Assembly (NCBI GenBank): GCA_963728665.1
Contig: CAVSLG010000018.1
Coordinates: 221,096-285,095 of the forward strand
Reading direction: 5' to 3'
DNA from: an uncultured Actinomycetes bacterium
GTDB lineage: Bacteria; Actinomycetota; UBA4738; HRBIN12
Length of the DNA: 64,000 bases
The notes under the pieces are model-generated. The model was not told the origin of the DNA and searched no databases. It was given only the letters and a program-made list of their open reading frames with translations. A program made the position numbers and the translations under genes. This document shows positions 40,394-50,415 of this stretch, piece after piece. The first letter of the stretch is position 1. Each line of letters starts with the position of its first letter.

Positions 40394-43300
40394 TCATCCG
40401 CGACGGGCGACCCCGAGGTGGTCGAAGATGCCTTCGGCCTTCGTCGCGGCCGTGGTCGCTTCCTCGGTCTCGCCCGTCGTCCCGAGCGATCGGGCCAACC
40501 CCGCAAGGGCGTGCGCCTGCTCGAAACGGCCACCCCACGCTTCCCAGCCCGAGGCGAGCTCACGGAAGCTCGCGGCGGCCGACTCGGCGCTCTCCCCGCG
40601 CCTCGGCGAGCAGTGCGTGCGAGGACGCCACGGCGAGGCGCGTGCGTCGCACGTGCACGGGCCGGTCGCCCACGATGCGTCGCCGCCAGGTCGGATCTGC
40701 CCGCCGTCAACAGCGCGCGCACGACCTCAGGCAGGTAGAGCTCGCGGTACTCCGTCGGCCCGGCGCCGGTCGCGGCATCGAACTCCTCGGCGAGGGCGAT
40801 CGACCGCTGCCGGGTCACCCGCCGCGGCGTGCGCCGACGACCGCGACGACGAGCGCGGGCGCCAGCACCTGCAGATCCTCGATCTGGCGGGCGACCGGCA
40901 CGAAGGCTCTCGGCGAGCTCGACCGCCGCCGCCGCACGTCGCCGCGGTGGGCCAGCACCCGCGCTCGGTAGAGGTCGGCCACGGTGGCGATCTGCGTGTC
41001 GCCGTGCGCGGCGCGCCCACTCCGCGAGGTCGCTCGTCTCATCGAGCAGCTCGTCCCAGAGCCCCGCGTCGAACCGCAGCCAGAGCCCCTCGGCGCGCGT
41101 CCACATGCCCTGACCCTCGATGCCTCGGCGCCGGCAGAGGTCGACCGTGGCGCGGTTCATCGGCAGGCCGGTCGCGGGCCCGTCCTCGAGGCCGACCCAC
41201 TCGAGCAGGTAGGAGTACGAGGTGACGATGTCGATCGCCACGCCCGACGCCTCGGCGACTCGAGCGCCTTCCGCAGGTCGTCGACCCCCCCGAGGTCGCC
41301 GGTCTCGCACCGCGCGTTCCCACGCAGGTGCAGCGCCATCAGGGTCACCGTCTCGGTGCGCGGCAGCTCGAGGGCGCGCTCGGCCCACCGCAGCGACTCG
41401 TCGGATCGACCCGGCGAACATCTCGGCCTCGGACCGGCAGGCGTAGAGCTCGGACAGGACCTCCCTGGCCGTCGGGGTCGTCCTCGACGAGCGCGATGGC
41501 CTGCTCGAGGGCCTGCGTGCGCCGCCGCCGGTCTCGCCGCGCAGGCCGAGCTGGAAGTAGATCCGCCGCAGCACGCGAGCGGCGAGACGTCGATCGCCCG
41601 CCTCCATCGCCTCCCGCTCGGCGGTCCGGTACTCCTCGAGCGCGGCATCGCTCGTCATGCCGCCGGAACGCCAGCCGAGGCTCGTGGCGGTGCGACGGAT
41701 CTCGGCGCGCTCGGTGCCCGGGAGGCGCCAGCGCGAGCGCCTGCCGGTAGTACCCGGCGGCTCGGGCGGCGTCGAGCGACTGCTGCCGATCGCCGGCGAG
41801 CGACGAGGTAGCGCAGGGCGGTGGCCTCGAGCTCGGGGACGTCGTCTTCGAGGCCGGCGGCCCGAGCCAGGTCGAGGGCGCGCGTGGCGTGCGACGCGAG
41901 CAGGTCGGACTTCGCCGCCAGGCCGGCGTCGTGCGACGGTGTCGAGCCACGTCGTCACGTCGCCGATGCAGCCGCGACCGTGCCGCCCTCGGCAGGCGGC
42001 CGTACGCCACGTCGCGGATCAACGCATGCGCGAACGAGAACTCGGCCTCTCCCTCGATCGCGCTCGTCGAGGAGCGCCTGATCAGTCCGCGGCGCTGCAG
42101 GGTGTGCACCGATGCGTCGAGGTCGGGGGGGTCGGGCTCGAGCGCGACGAGGGCGCCTCGCCAGAACCGGTCGCCGATCACCGAGGCGGCCTGCAGCAGC
42201 ACACGCTCGGGGGCCTCGAGCGCATCGAGGCGCGCCGCGATCAGCGCCTGCACCGTGTCGGGCACCCCGACGCCGCGCCGGCCCGCCGAGGTCGGACCCG
42301 ATCGTACGACCGTGCTCGCCCTCGGTCCTGCAGCATGAGCACGAACTCCCGGGCGTAGAGCGGGTTCCCGCCGGCGCGGCGCAGGAGCGCGTCGCTCTCG
42401 CCGGTCGACATCACCGATCGCAGCAGCAGCGAGCCGAGCAGCTCGGACATCTCCGGGTCGGTGAGCGGCGAGAGCGAGATCGTCGTCGCGTTCGCGACGC
42501 CCGCGGCCCACCCCGGGCGACGGGCGAACAGCTCCGGCCGGGCCGTGCACAGCAGGAACAGCGGAACGTCGGGCGCGCGTTCCATGAGCCGTTCGAGGAA
42601 CTCGAGCAGGGCGTCGTCGGCCCAGTGCAGGTCCTCGACGACGATCGTGAGCGGTCGGCGCTCCGCCGCCGACTCGAGGTAGCGCGCCCACGCCGTGAAC
42701 GTCTCGTCGACGTCGGCCGGGCGTGTCGTCGTCGACCGGCAGCCCGACGAGCGGACGCAGCCGGGTGGCCAGCCAGTCCCGGTCCTCGGCGTTCAGGTCG
42801 AGCTCGGCCGAGGTCGGCGTCGAGGCGGCTCCGCAGCTCGTCGCCGGCCGCGTTCGGCATGATGCCGGCGATCGATCGCACGACCTCGTCGAGGGCCGCG
42901 TAGGTGATCGACTCACCGAAGGGACGGCACCGTCCGCGATGCCAGCCGACGCCGTCGTGGGTGGCCCGCAGATGATCGTGCAGGTCGAGCACGAGCCGCG
43001 TCTTGCCGATGCCGGGCTCGCCCACGACCGTGACCAGGCGCGGGGTGCGGTCGCCGATCGTGCGCTCGAGCAGGTCGTGCAGCAGCTCCCGCTCGCGGAT
43101 CGCGACCGACGAACGGCGGCGGGTCGTCCTCCTCCCGCTCGGGGGTGTCGGCGCGCACGGTCGTCGCCACGAACGCCACGAGCGGCTCGGCCTTGCCCTT
43201 CACCCGCGTCGCGGGCAGCGGCTCGTACTCCACGACGTGGCGGGTGGCGCGCTCGGTGGGCTCCCCGACGATCACCGAGCCCTCGGGTGCGAACGACTGC

Positions 43301-43866
43301 AGCCGCGAGGCGGTGTTGACGACGTCGCCGGCGACCCGTTCCCCGACCGTTGGACCCTCCCCGAACGTGACCAGCGCCTCGCCCGTGTGCACCGCGATGC
43401 GCACCGGCAGGTTGCCCTCGCGTCACGCGTTCACGGATCGCGAGGGCGGCTCGCACCGCCCGCTCGGGGTCGTCCTCGTGGGCCATCGGGGCGCCGAAGA
43501 CGCCCATCGCGGCGTCGCCGATGAACTTGTCGAGCGTGCCGCCGAACCGCTCGATCTCCTCCTTCGCGACCGCATGGAACGGCACCAGGATGCGGCGCAC
43601 GTCCTCGGGGTCGGCCTGGTCGCTGTGCTCGGTGAATCCGGCGAGGTCGGCGAAGACGATCGTCACGAGCCGCCGCTCCTCGAGGGGAGGGCCGGCCGGG
43701 TGCGGCGGCGCCGAGCGGCGAGCCGCACGACGGGCAGAAGCGAGCCTGCGGCGGCACCTCGGCTCCGCACGACGGGCATCGCAGGCCGAGCGGGGTGCCG
43801 CAGCGAGGCGCAGAAGCGAGCGTCGTCGTCGTTCGACGCCCGGCAGTTCGGACAGGGGATCGCCAC
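40394..43866 (-). pseudogene. Double zinc ribbon + class III adenylate/guanylate cyclase + AAA ATPase + TPR protein; many frameshifts (decay or read errors)
   Basis: CPNC..N...ARFC, ERRLVTIVFADL.GFT, DKFIGDAAMGVFGAP.AHEDDPERAVRAAL, GEPGIGKTRL, EDLHWAD, RAGGNPLY and FSFAHALIRDVAY in shifting frames. Confidence 0.8.
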
Positions 43867-43875
43867 GCGGCGAGT

Positions 43876-44335
43876 CTAGCGGCGAGCTCCTCGACCGCCG
43901 GGACTCAGGCCGGCGAGATGTCGACGTACCCGCCGGCGGTCGCGCGCACCGTGACCGACGAGCCGGTCGACGAGGCCCGGGTCCGGCCGAGACCACGACG
44001 GCACCTCGATGCCGTAGAGCTCGCCGGCCACGATCGACGCCGAGGGCGACGATCGCGTCGGCCTCGCCGAGCACCACCGCGACGGGCGCGGTGCCGGCGC
44101 GGATCGCCTCGGCGAACACGTACGAGCTCGAGCTCGACCCTCGGCCCGACGGCATCACGAGCACCCGCCCGGCGAGCGATCGCGCCCGACCTGCGGATGA
44201 TGGGTGTCGATCAGCTGCCGGTCTCGGGGTCGAGCCCGCCCCAGAAGCTGAGCGGCTCGTCGAGCACGAGCACCTCGCCCGTGGCCACGCCGGGCACGAG
44301 GACCCGCGATGCGGATCCGGGGCAGGCTCAGGCAT
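43876..44335 (-). CDS. Aconitase X swivel (small) subunit, DUF126-like, frameshifted
   Basis: GEVLVLDEPLSFWGG, LIDTHHPQ and GRVLVMPSGRGSSSSSYV. Confidence 0.8.
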
Positions 44336-45607
44336 CGCCCCACGACCGTCCGGTCGCGCACGAGGCGGCCCGCCTCGGCGGAGTCGACGCACTCCTCGAG
44401 CGTGGCGAACGCGACGTCGAAGCCCAGGTTGCCGGGCGCGTACCAGGCCCACTTGCCGGAGTTCGTGACGACCGGGGTGGCGGCGCGCTCGATGATCGGC
44501 GTGATGTAGGTGCAGGTGTCGGTCACGATCGTCACGCCCGCCGCCCGCAGCGCGTCGGCGACGTGCGACGCGTCGTGCGAGCACGTCGCGCCCGGTGTTC
44601 ACGTAGCACGGGCACCGCGAGCCGTCGTCCCTCGACGAGCTCGGCGAGGCGCCGAAGCTCGGCCGCCGAGCAGTGGGGCGTGCCCAGGCTCACGCTCCCG
44701 ACGGCGGCGCCGACCTCCACGGTCGACAGCTCGTCGCGCGCCGCCCGCAGGTCCGCGAGCCCAACGCTCGACGTCGAGCGCGGGCTCCGCCCCGCCGGTC
44801 GCCGCCTCGAGCGTCGGCGCCTCGGGGGTCACGCCGACCGCGTGGAACATCGCGACGGCGCCCGAGGACGCCGCCGCCGCGCCGAGGGCCTTCAGGTGGT
44901 CCTCGGTGGTCGTCGGCGGCAAGCCCGACGATCGCCGGCACGGCGTTGCCCGTTCGGCGACCGACCAGGTGCCCGATCGCGGCGTACGCCGCCTCGTCCT
45001 CGAGGAGCAGCCCGGGGAGCGCGCCGACCCGGAACACGGTCCTCGCGAGCCGTTCCCCGTCGAGGTGCAGGCCGGCCGCCGGAGCGCGGCCCGGTGATCG
45101 CGCAGCAGATGTCGATGAAGTCGCCGTAGCGACCCGTGCGGGCCCCGAGCACCGAGTTCGCGAACACGATCGCGTTCGACTCCGCCCAGGCGACGTGTTC
45201 GCCCGAGGCCGGGGCGCACCGGCAGCTGGTACGGCGCGCAGGTCCAGGTGGGGCGACAGCCCATCGCCACGTACGCGTCCATCAGCGCTCGGGCGTCGGC
45301 CGCCGTGCTCGGGGTCGAGGTGCACGAGCTCGGGGTGCAGCAGGTCGAGCGAGGAGACGTTGAGCGTCGTCGGGATCGCGACCCGGGCGCCGCCGTCGGC
45401 GAGGCGCCTCGCGAAGTCCAGGCCCGCCCGGCCGTGGTACAGGCAGCCGTCGATGTGCGCGGAGGTCACGTCGATGAGCTCGACGGCGTCCATCGCCTCG
45501 GCGGTGCGCGTGAGGATGCGCATCGCGAGCTGCACGGCCGCGCCGCGGTCGCCGTCGAGCGCCGCACGGTCGTCGCCGGAGAGGGAGAGGGAGAGGGAGC
45601 CGGGCAC
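44328..45607 (-). pseudogene. Aconitase X catalytic (large) subunit, DUF521-like; several frameshifts
   Basis: [57 protein letters not shown] and TNSGKWAWYAPG. Confidence 0.8.
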
Positions 45608-45701
45608 GGCCGCATCCTGTCACGGCTCGCCGCGGGTGTGTAACGGTGAGGTTCGCCCGCGACGACGGCACCGTGACGGGAACGAGCGGAGGGGAGATGC
45701 G

Positions 45702-46361
45702 ATGACGAGCCTCAAGGCCGTGATGCTGAACTGCACGCTGAAGTACGCCCCCGAGGTCTCCAACACCGAGGCGCTGATGCTGAAGGTGAAGGAGTGGTGG
45801 GACACGATGGACGTCGAGACCGAGATCGTCCGCGTCACCGACTTCAACGTGCGCTTCGGGGTGAGCTCCGACGAGGGTCACGGCGACGAGTGGCCGCGGA
45901 TCCTCGAGAAGGTGAAGGCGGCCGACATCATCTGCATCGGCACGCCGATCTGGTTCGGCGTTCGCGGCTCGGTCGCCCAGCTGGTGATCGAGCGGCTCGA
46001 CGGCACCTACAACGAGCGGAACGCCGCCGGCCAGTACCCGCTCTACAACAAGGTGGGGTGCGTCGTCGTGACCGGCAACGAGGACGGCGCTCACGCCGCG
46101 GCCGAGACGACGCTGTTCAACCTGTCGCACCTCGGGTGCGCGATCCCGCCGAACGCCGACACCTACTGGGTCGGTGACGCTGGCCCGGGCCCGAGCTACA
46201 TCGAGGCCGGCGGCGAGCATCACGCGTACACGCAGCGAACGACGCGGTGGATGGCACACAACACCGTGCACCTCGCACGCATCCTGAGGGCCACGCCGAT
46301 CCCCGCCGAGGGCAACACGTTCGACGAGGAGACCGACCACGGCCCGATGCACAACGGGTAG
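45702..46361 (+). CDS. Flavodoxin-family / NADPH-dependent FMN reductase-like protein
   Basis: LNCTLK...SNTEAL, ADIICIGTPIWFG and YNKVGCVVVTGNEDG; GGAGGGG SD. Confidence 0.85.
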   Translation: MTSLKAVMLNCTLKYAPEVSNTEALMLKVKEWWDTMDVETEIVRVTDFNVRFGVSSDEGHGDEWPRILEKVKAADIICIGTPIWFGVRGSVAQLVIERLDGTYNERNAAGQYPLYNKVGCVVVTGNEDGAHAAAETTLFNLSHLGCAIPPNADTYWVGDAGPGPSYIEAGGEHHAYTQRTTRWMAHNTVHLARILRATPIPAEGNTFDEETDHGPMHNG

Positions 46362-46387
46362 CGGAGCCGCGCGGGTACGATGGCATC

Positions 46388-47020
46388 GTGCCGCTCCGCA
46401 TCGACGTCGTCAGCATCGTCGCCACCCACGACTACCCGGGGGAAGGGCCGACCGAGGTGCAGAACAACGTCTGGGTCGTGGGGGGCGACAGCGAGGTCGT
46501 GGTGATCGACGCCTCGCACGACGCCGGCCCGATCGTCGAAGCGGTCGCCGACCGGCGCGTCATCTCGATCGCCTGCACGCACGGACACTGGGACCATATC
46601 GACGCCGCCTTCGACCTGAGGGATGCCGTCGACGCCCCGATCCTGCTGCACCCCGCCGATGCGCCCGTCTGGCGGCGCACCCACCCTGATCGGGCGCCGG
46701 ACCGCGACCTCGCGGAGGGTGACCTGCTGGTGGCCGACGGCGTCGAGCTGCGGGTGCTGCACACCCCCGGTCACACGCCGGGGAGCGTCAGCTTCCACCA
46801 CACGGCGGGGCACGATCTGTTCGACGGCGACACGCTCTTCCCTGGCGGTCCGGGATCGACGGGGGACGAGCTCGGTGACTTCGAGGTCATCATCGCGACG
46901 ATCCGCGAGCGCATCCTCATCATGCCGCCCGAGACCGCCGTGTACCCGGGGCACGGCGACTCGACCACGGTGGGCGCGGAAGCCCAGCACCTGCATGAGT
47001 GGATCGAGCGCGGCTGGTAG
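46388..47020 (+). CDS. MBL-fold metallo-hydrolase (glyoxalase II-like)
   Basis: THGHWDH, HTPGHTPGS, GDTLF and PGHG; TACGAT 6 nt before the GTG. Confidence 0.9.
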   Translation: MPLRIDVVSIVATHDYPGEGPTEVQNNVWVVGGDSEVVVIDASHDAGPIVEAVADRRVISIACTHGHWDHIDAAFDLRDAVDAPILLHPADAPVWRRTHPDRAPDRDLAEGDLLVADGVELRVLHTPGHTPGSVSFHHTAGHDLFDGDTLFPGGPGSTGDELGDFEVIIATIRERILIMPPETAVYPGHGDSTTVGAEAQHLHEWIERGW

Positions 47021-47031
47021 TCCGGCGTGGA

Positions 47032-48942
47032 CTAGATCAGGGGGCCGGGCATCCCGTCGGGGTCGCCGTCGGCATAGGCCGTGGCGCCGTAGTCGGCGAG
47101 GTCGCGATCGGCGAGTGACTCCAGGAACGTCGTGCCGAAGACCGCCGCGAACTCCTTCTGGTCGAGCAGGTCCTGCTCGACGGCGCTGCGCGGCACGTAG
47201 GCGCCGATGTTCTGCCGGTAACGGTAGGCGGCGAGCGACGCGGCCACGTCTTCGATCGTCGCCCCGCCGTTGTCGCGCAGCCGATCGACGTTCAGGAAGA
47301 CCTCCGAGGGCACGACGCTCTCGACGATGCCCGTCACCCCGGAGAACCGGGACTCGACGTACCGCTCGAGCTGGATCGGGTCGAGCCGCACGCCGCCCAC
47401 CGAGTCGGGCAGCGGGCACTGCCCGTGGTCTGCGGTGATGATCAGCGCGTATTCGCCCGGGAAGGCGTTGTCGAGACGTTCCTTCATGCGCCCGATCTGC
47501 TGGTCGACGGCCCGGAGCTGCAGTCCCGTCCATCGCGACCCCATGCCGTACACGTGGCCGGTGTAGTCCGGTGACTTGTAGGTCGTGTAGAGGAGATCGG
47601 TCGCCTCATGCATCCCGACGCCCTCACAGATCATGCAGGTCGCGAGCACATCGTCCTGGTAGCGCACGATCGGCGGCCGGCAGCACGGCGACTGACGACC
47701 GACGGGCGCGAACTCGGCGTCCCAACCCGGATCGACGAACTCCGCCAGGTATCGCTCGTAGTTGTCCGGATCCGGCATCTGCGAGGGCAGGCGGTAGAGC
47801 TCGGGGTTGTGCGGCTCCCAGCGCTGGGAGCCATCCTCGTCCCAGTACACGCCGACGGGGAGGTCGCCCGGCGGGCGGCCGCGGCCGCCGTAGCCCAGCA
47901 TGCCGAGATGCCACACCTGGTACCCGATCTGGCCGACCCAGGCATCCCTCTCCTCGTGCCACAGGTCGGCGAGCGTGGGGATGTAGATGTCGCTCGGGTC
48001 GGCGGCGCCGGGTTCGCGGTACGCCTTGCGCACGACGCCCTCCGCGTCCCGCAGGTTGTGTCCGGTGATGCCGTGGGCGTTCGGGAAGGAGCCCGTGCCG
48101 ATCGTCGCATGCGCGCACGCCGTCACGGCCGGGAACGACCCGACGATCGCGTTGCGGAAGTTCGCGCTCTCGCCCATGAGTGCCCGGAGGTTCGGCCAGT
48201 CGTCGGGGAAGGCGTCGAGCACGTTCCAGCCGCCGCCGTCGATCACGAACGTCACGACGACGCGAGGGGGCGTCGTGCTCGTGGTCGACAGGGGCAGCTG
48301 CGTGCCGTCGCGGTCGCCGGGCCAGCCGTCGAAGCCGATCAGTTGCGCGGTCGTCGGCGCGAGGTCCGCAAGGGTGACGCGTTGCTCGGAGTCGCTGGGT
48401 GCCACGTGTCCGGGTGCGTGTACGAGGAGCGGGATGCGCTCGAGGTACATCCAGACGCTGGCGTGGCTCGTCCGCGGATCCTGCGGCACGAGCGAGAGCG
48501 ATTCCTGAGGATAGTTCGAGCTGTTGTACGGGGCGAGCAGCAGCTGAAGGTCGCCCGAGCGCCGCGGGACGAACGTGCGCCGCACGAGCTCCATGTACTC
48601 CGAGCCGAGGTCGGTGGCCATCTCCTCCTGGATCGGGCGCGGATCGGGGCGGCCGAGCTTGCGAGCGGCCCACCCGATCGACGGCCCGGCGACCGCCCAC
48701 ACGAGCCCGCCGAGGCCGGCGGCTACAAGCAGGTTGCGGCGCCCCGGGTCCGCTTCCGTGTGTGTCGCACGACCGGGGCCCCAGACGCTGATCGCGAGCC
48801 CCAGCGCCAGCGTGATGAGGCCGATCGAGACACCGAGCACCCACGATCCGGCGATGCCCACGACGAGTCCGAGGAGCCCGGCGAGGACCGCGAACACGGT
48901 CAGGGCACGGATGTCAGGGCGTCGTTCCATGGACACCTCCAT
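47032..48942 (-). CDS. Membrane-anchored alkaline-phosphatase-superfamily enzyme (PafA/NPP-like), apparently circularly permuted
   Basis: VIDG, VTACAH..I.TG..P..HGI.G, SPDYTGH and TADHG motifs, preceded by RSGD..H....RIPL..DLAPT; alternative start ATG48930. Confidence 0.8.
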   Translation of the reverse strand: MEVSMERRPDIRALTVFAVLAGLLGLVVGIAGSWVLGVSIGLITLALGLAISVWGPGRATHTEADPGRRNLLVAAGLGGLVWAVAGPSIGWAARKLGRPDPRPIQEEMATDLGSEYMELVRRTFVPRRSGDLQLLLAPYNSSNYPQESLSLVPQDPRTSHASVWMYLERIPLLVHAPGHVAPSDSEQRVTLADLAPTTAQLIGFDGWPGDRDGTQLPLSTTSTTPPRVVVTFVIDGGGWNVLDAFPDDWPNLRALMGESANFRNAIVGSFPAVTACAHATIGTGSFPNAHGITGHNLRDAEGVVRKAYREPGAADPSDIYIPTLADLWHEERDAWVGQIGYQVWHLGMLGYGGRGRPPGDLPVGVYWDEDGSQRWEPHNPELYRLPSQMPDPDNYERYLAEFVDPGWDAEFAPVGRQSPCCRPPIVRYQDDVLATCMICEGVGMHEATDLLYTTYKSPDYTGHVYGMGSRWTGLQLRAVDQQIGRMKERLDNAFPGEYALIITADHGQCPLPDSVGGVRLDPIQLERYVESRFSGVTGIVESVVPSEVFLNVDRLRDNGGATIEDVAASLAAYRYRQNIGAYVPRSAVEQDLLDQKEFAAVFGTTFLESLADRDLADYGATAYADGDPDGMPGPLI

Positions 48943-49008
48943 GTTCCCAGAGGCGCCCTCGCTGCAGATGGAGGTGCGTGTGGCGTTCCCGTTGCGACGG
49001 AACGCGCG

Positions 49009-50202
49009 CTAGCTGCGCTTGCGGTCCAGGTCGAGGAAGGGCAGCGGCACGACGGTCGCGGCGACCTTGCCGCGCTCGCCCTCGACGCTCCATTCGACGC
49101 TCAGGCGGGTGCCGGGCTTCGCGTGTCCCCTGTCGACCGAGCCGAAGCCGACCATCTTCTTGATCGTCGTGCCCCACGTGACCGAGGTGGCGCGGCCGAC
49201 CTGCTTCCCTTCCTTGTAGACGGGCACCGGGTCGCGGTGCACGAAGGGGCTGATCGCGGGGGCGAGGCCGTGCTTGGCGTACATCGCCTCGATGCCGAGC
49301 CAGTCGAGCTCGACGCCGACGAGCCGACGAACGGGACCACCGGCCGCGTGTTCGGCGCGCAGCGCCCGGCGCCCTGTGAAGTCCGTCGCCTTGCCGAGGT
49401 CGACGAGGGGCTCGAAGCCGAGCTCGTAGGGCGAGTACTGCTGTTCGGGCGCGATCGCGTGACGGGCGCTCGTGTACTCGGCCTCGATCAGGATCAGGCC
49501 GGCTTCCACCCGGGCGACGTCCATCGCGTTGATGCCCACGGGGAAGATGCCGTAACGCTCTCCGGCCTCGAAGATGCGGTCCCAGACGGGCAGCGCCTGG
49601 TCGGCGGCCATCCAGAGCTCGTAGCCCTGGTCGCCGGTGTAGCCGGTGCGGGTGACGTCGACGGCGACGCCGGCGATCTCGGTCATCCGGCGTCCGAAGT
49701 ACTTCAGATCGGTCCAGTCGGCGCCGGTGGCGTCCTGTAGCACCTCGCGGCTGAGGCGGCCCTGCAGGGCGAGCGCGGCCGTGCGGTCGCTGATGTCGTC
49801 GACGTCGACATCGAGCCCGGTGGCGTTCAGCACGAACCAGCGGTAACTGGGGTCGGCGGCCGTGATGCGGTAGGTGGTGTCGTCGAGGCGGGCGATCGTG
49901 CCGTCGTCGAGGACCTTGCCCTCCTCGTCGCACCAGGGCGAGTAGAAGACGCGGTCGACCCGCAGCTTCGTCATGTCGCGGGTCATCACCCGGTCGAGCA
50001 GTCGCTGGGCGTCGGGGCCCTTGACCTCGTACTTGTAGAGGGGGCTGATGTCGATGACCGCGGCGGCCTCGCGGATCGCGCTGTACTCGATGTCGTGGAA
50101 GTCGGCGTACACGGGCACCGAGAAGTACCCGGACCACTCGCCCCAGGCCATCTTCGAGTTCAGCGCTTCCTGGCGCGGGAAGAACGCGGTGGGCACGCTC
50201 AC
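49009..50202 (-). CDS. GcvT-like aminomethyltransferase / folate-binding protein
   Basis: EY.AIRE.AAVIDISPL.KY.V.GPDA, DEEGKVLDDG, TRTGYTGDQGYELW and G..AMD.ARVEAG. Confidence 0.88.
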   Translation of the reverse strand: MSVPTAFFPRQEALNSKMAWGEWSGYFSVPVYADFHDIEYSAIREAAAVIDISPLYKYEVKGPDAQRLLDRVMTRDMTKLRVDRVFYSPWCDEEGKVLDDGTIARLDDTTYRITAADPSYRWFVLNATGLDVDVDDISDRTAALALQGRLSREVLQDATGADWTDLKYFGRRMTEIAGVAVDVTRTGYTGDQGYELWMAADQALPVWDRIFEAGERYGIFPVGINAMDVARVEAGLILIEAEYTSARHAIAPEQQYSPYELGFEPLVDLGKATDFTGRRALRAEHAAGGPVRRLVGVELDWLGIEAMYAKHGLAPAISPFVHRDPVPVYKEGKQVGRATSVTWGTTIKKMVGFGSVDRGHAKPGTRLSVEWSVEGERGKVAATVVPLPFLDLDRKRS

Positions 50203-50295
50203 GGGTGGACCTCCTCGGTCGGTCGTGGGGCGCGCGAGGGACGCCCGACAGCGCGTAGGGTATCCGACCGCCGCCGGGCCGCGGCACGGACCGGA

Positions 50296-50310
50296 CTGAC
50301 CTGAGGTCAG
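50296..50310. promoter_or_regulatory. Palindromic operator candidate in the divergent intergenic region
   Basis: CTGACC-TGA-GGTCAG, a perfect inverted repeat. Confidence 0.45.
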
Positions 50311-50415
50311 GTGGCCGTTGGTGGGCGTTGTGACCCCCGGCTAGCATGGGCGACCGGCGACCCAGGCCGTGTTCCGGGACGCCCTGTTGACCTCGAGTCA
50401 CCCAGGAGGCACCCC

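Noticed and set aside
40335-40400. Genomic island integrated at the tmRNA 3' end
   Set aside because: No integrase and no duplicated att sequence seen; downstream composition looks unchanged
41345-44602. 1085-aa minus-strand ORF as a novel fusion
   Set aside because: Stop-free patchwork crossing the frameshifted aconitase X and cyclase genes; only short stretches are in the true frame
45578-45599. GGAGAG repeat (about 3.7 copies) as a phase-variation tract
   Set aside because: The 6-bp unit keeps the frame and only encodes a Ser-Leu run at the N-terminus
50203-50290. Glycine riboswitch upstream of the GcvT-like gene
   Set aside because: The conserved GGAGA, CCGAAG and CUCUCAGG elements are absent
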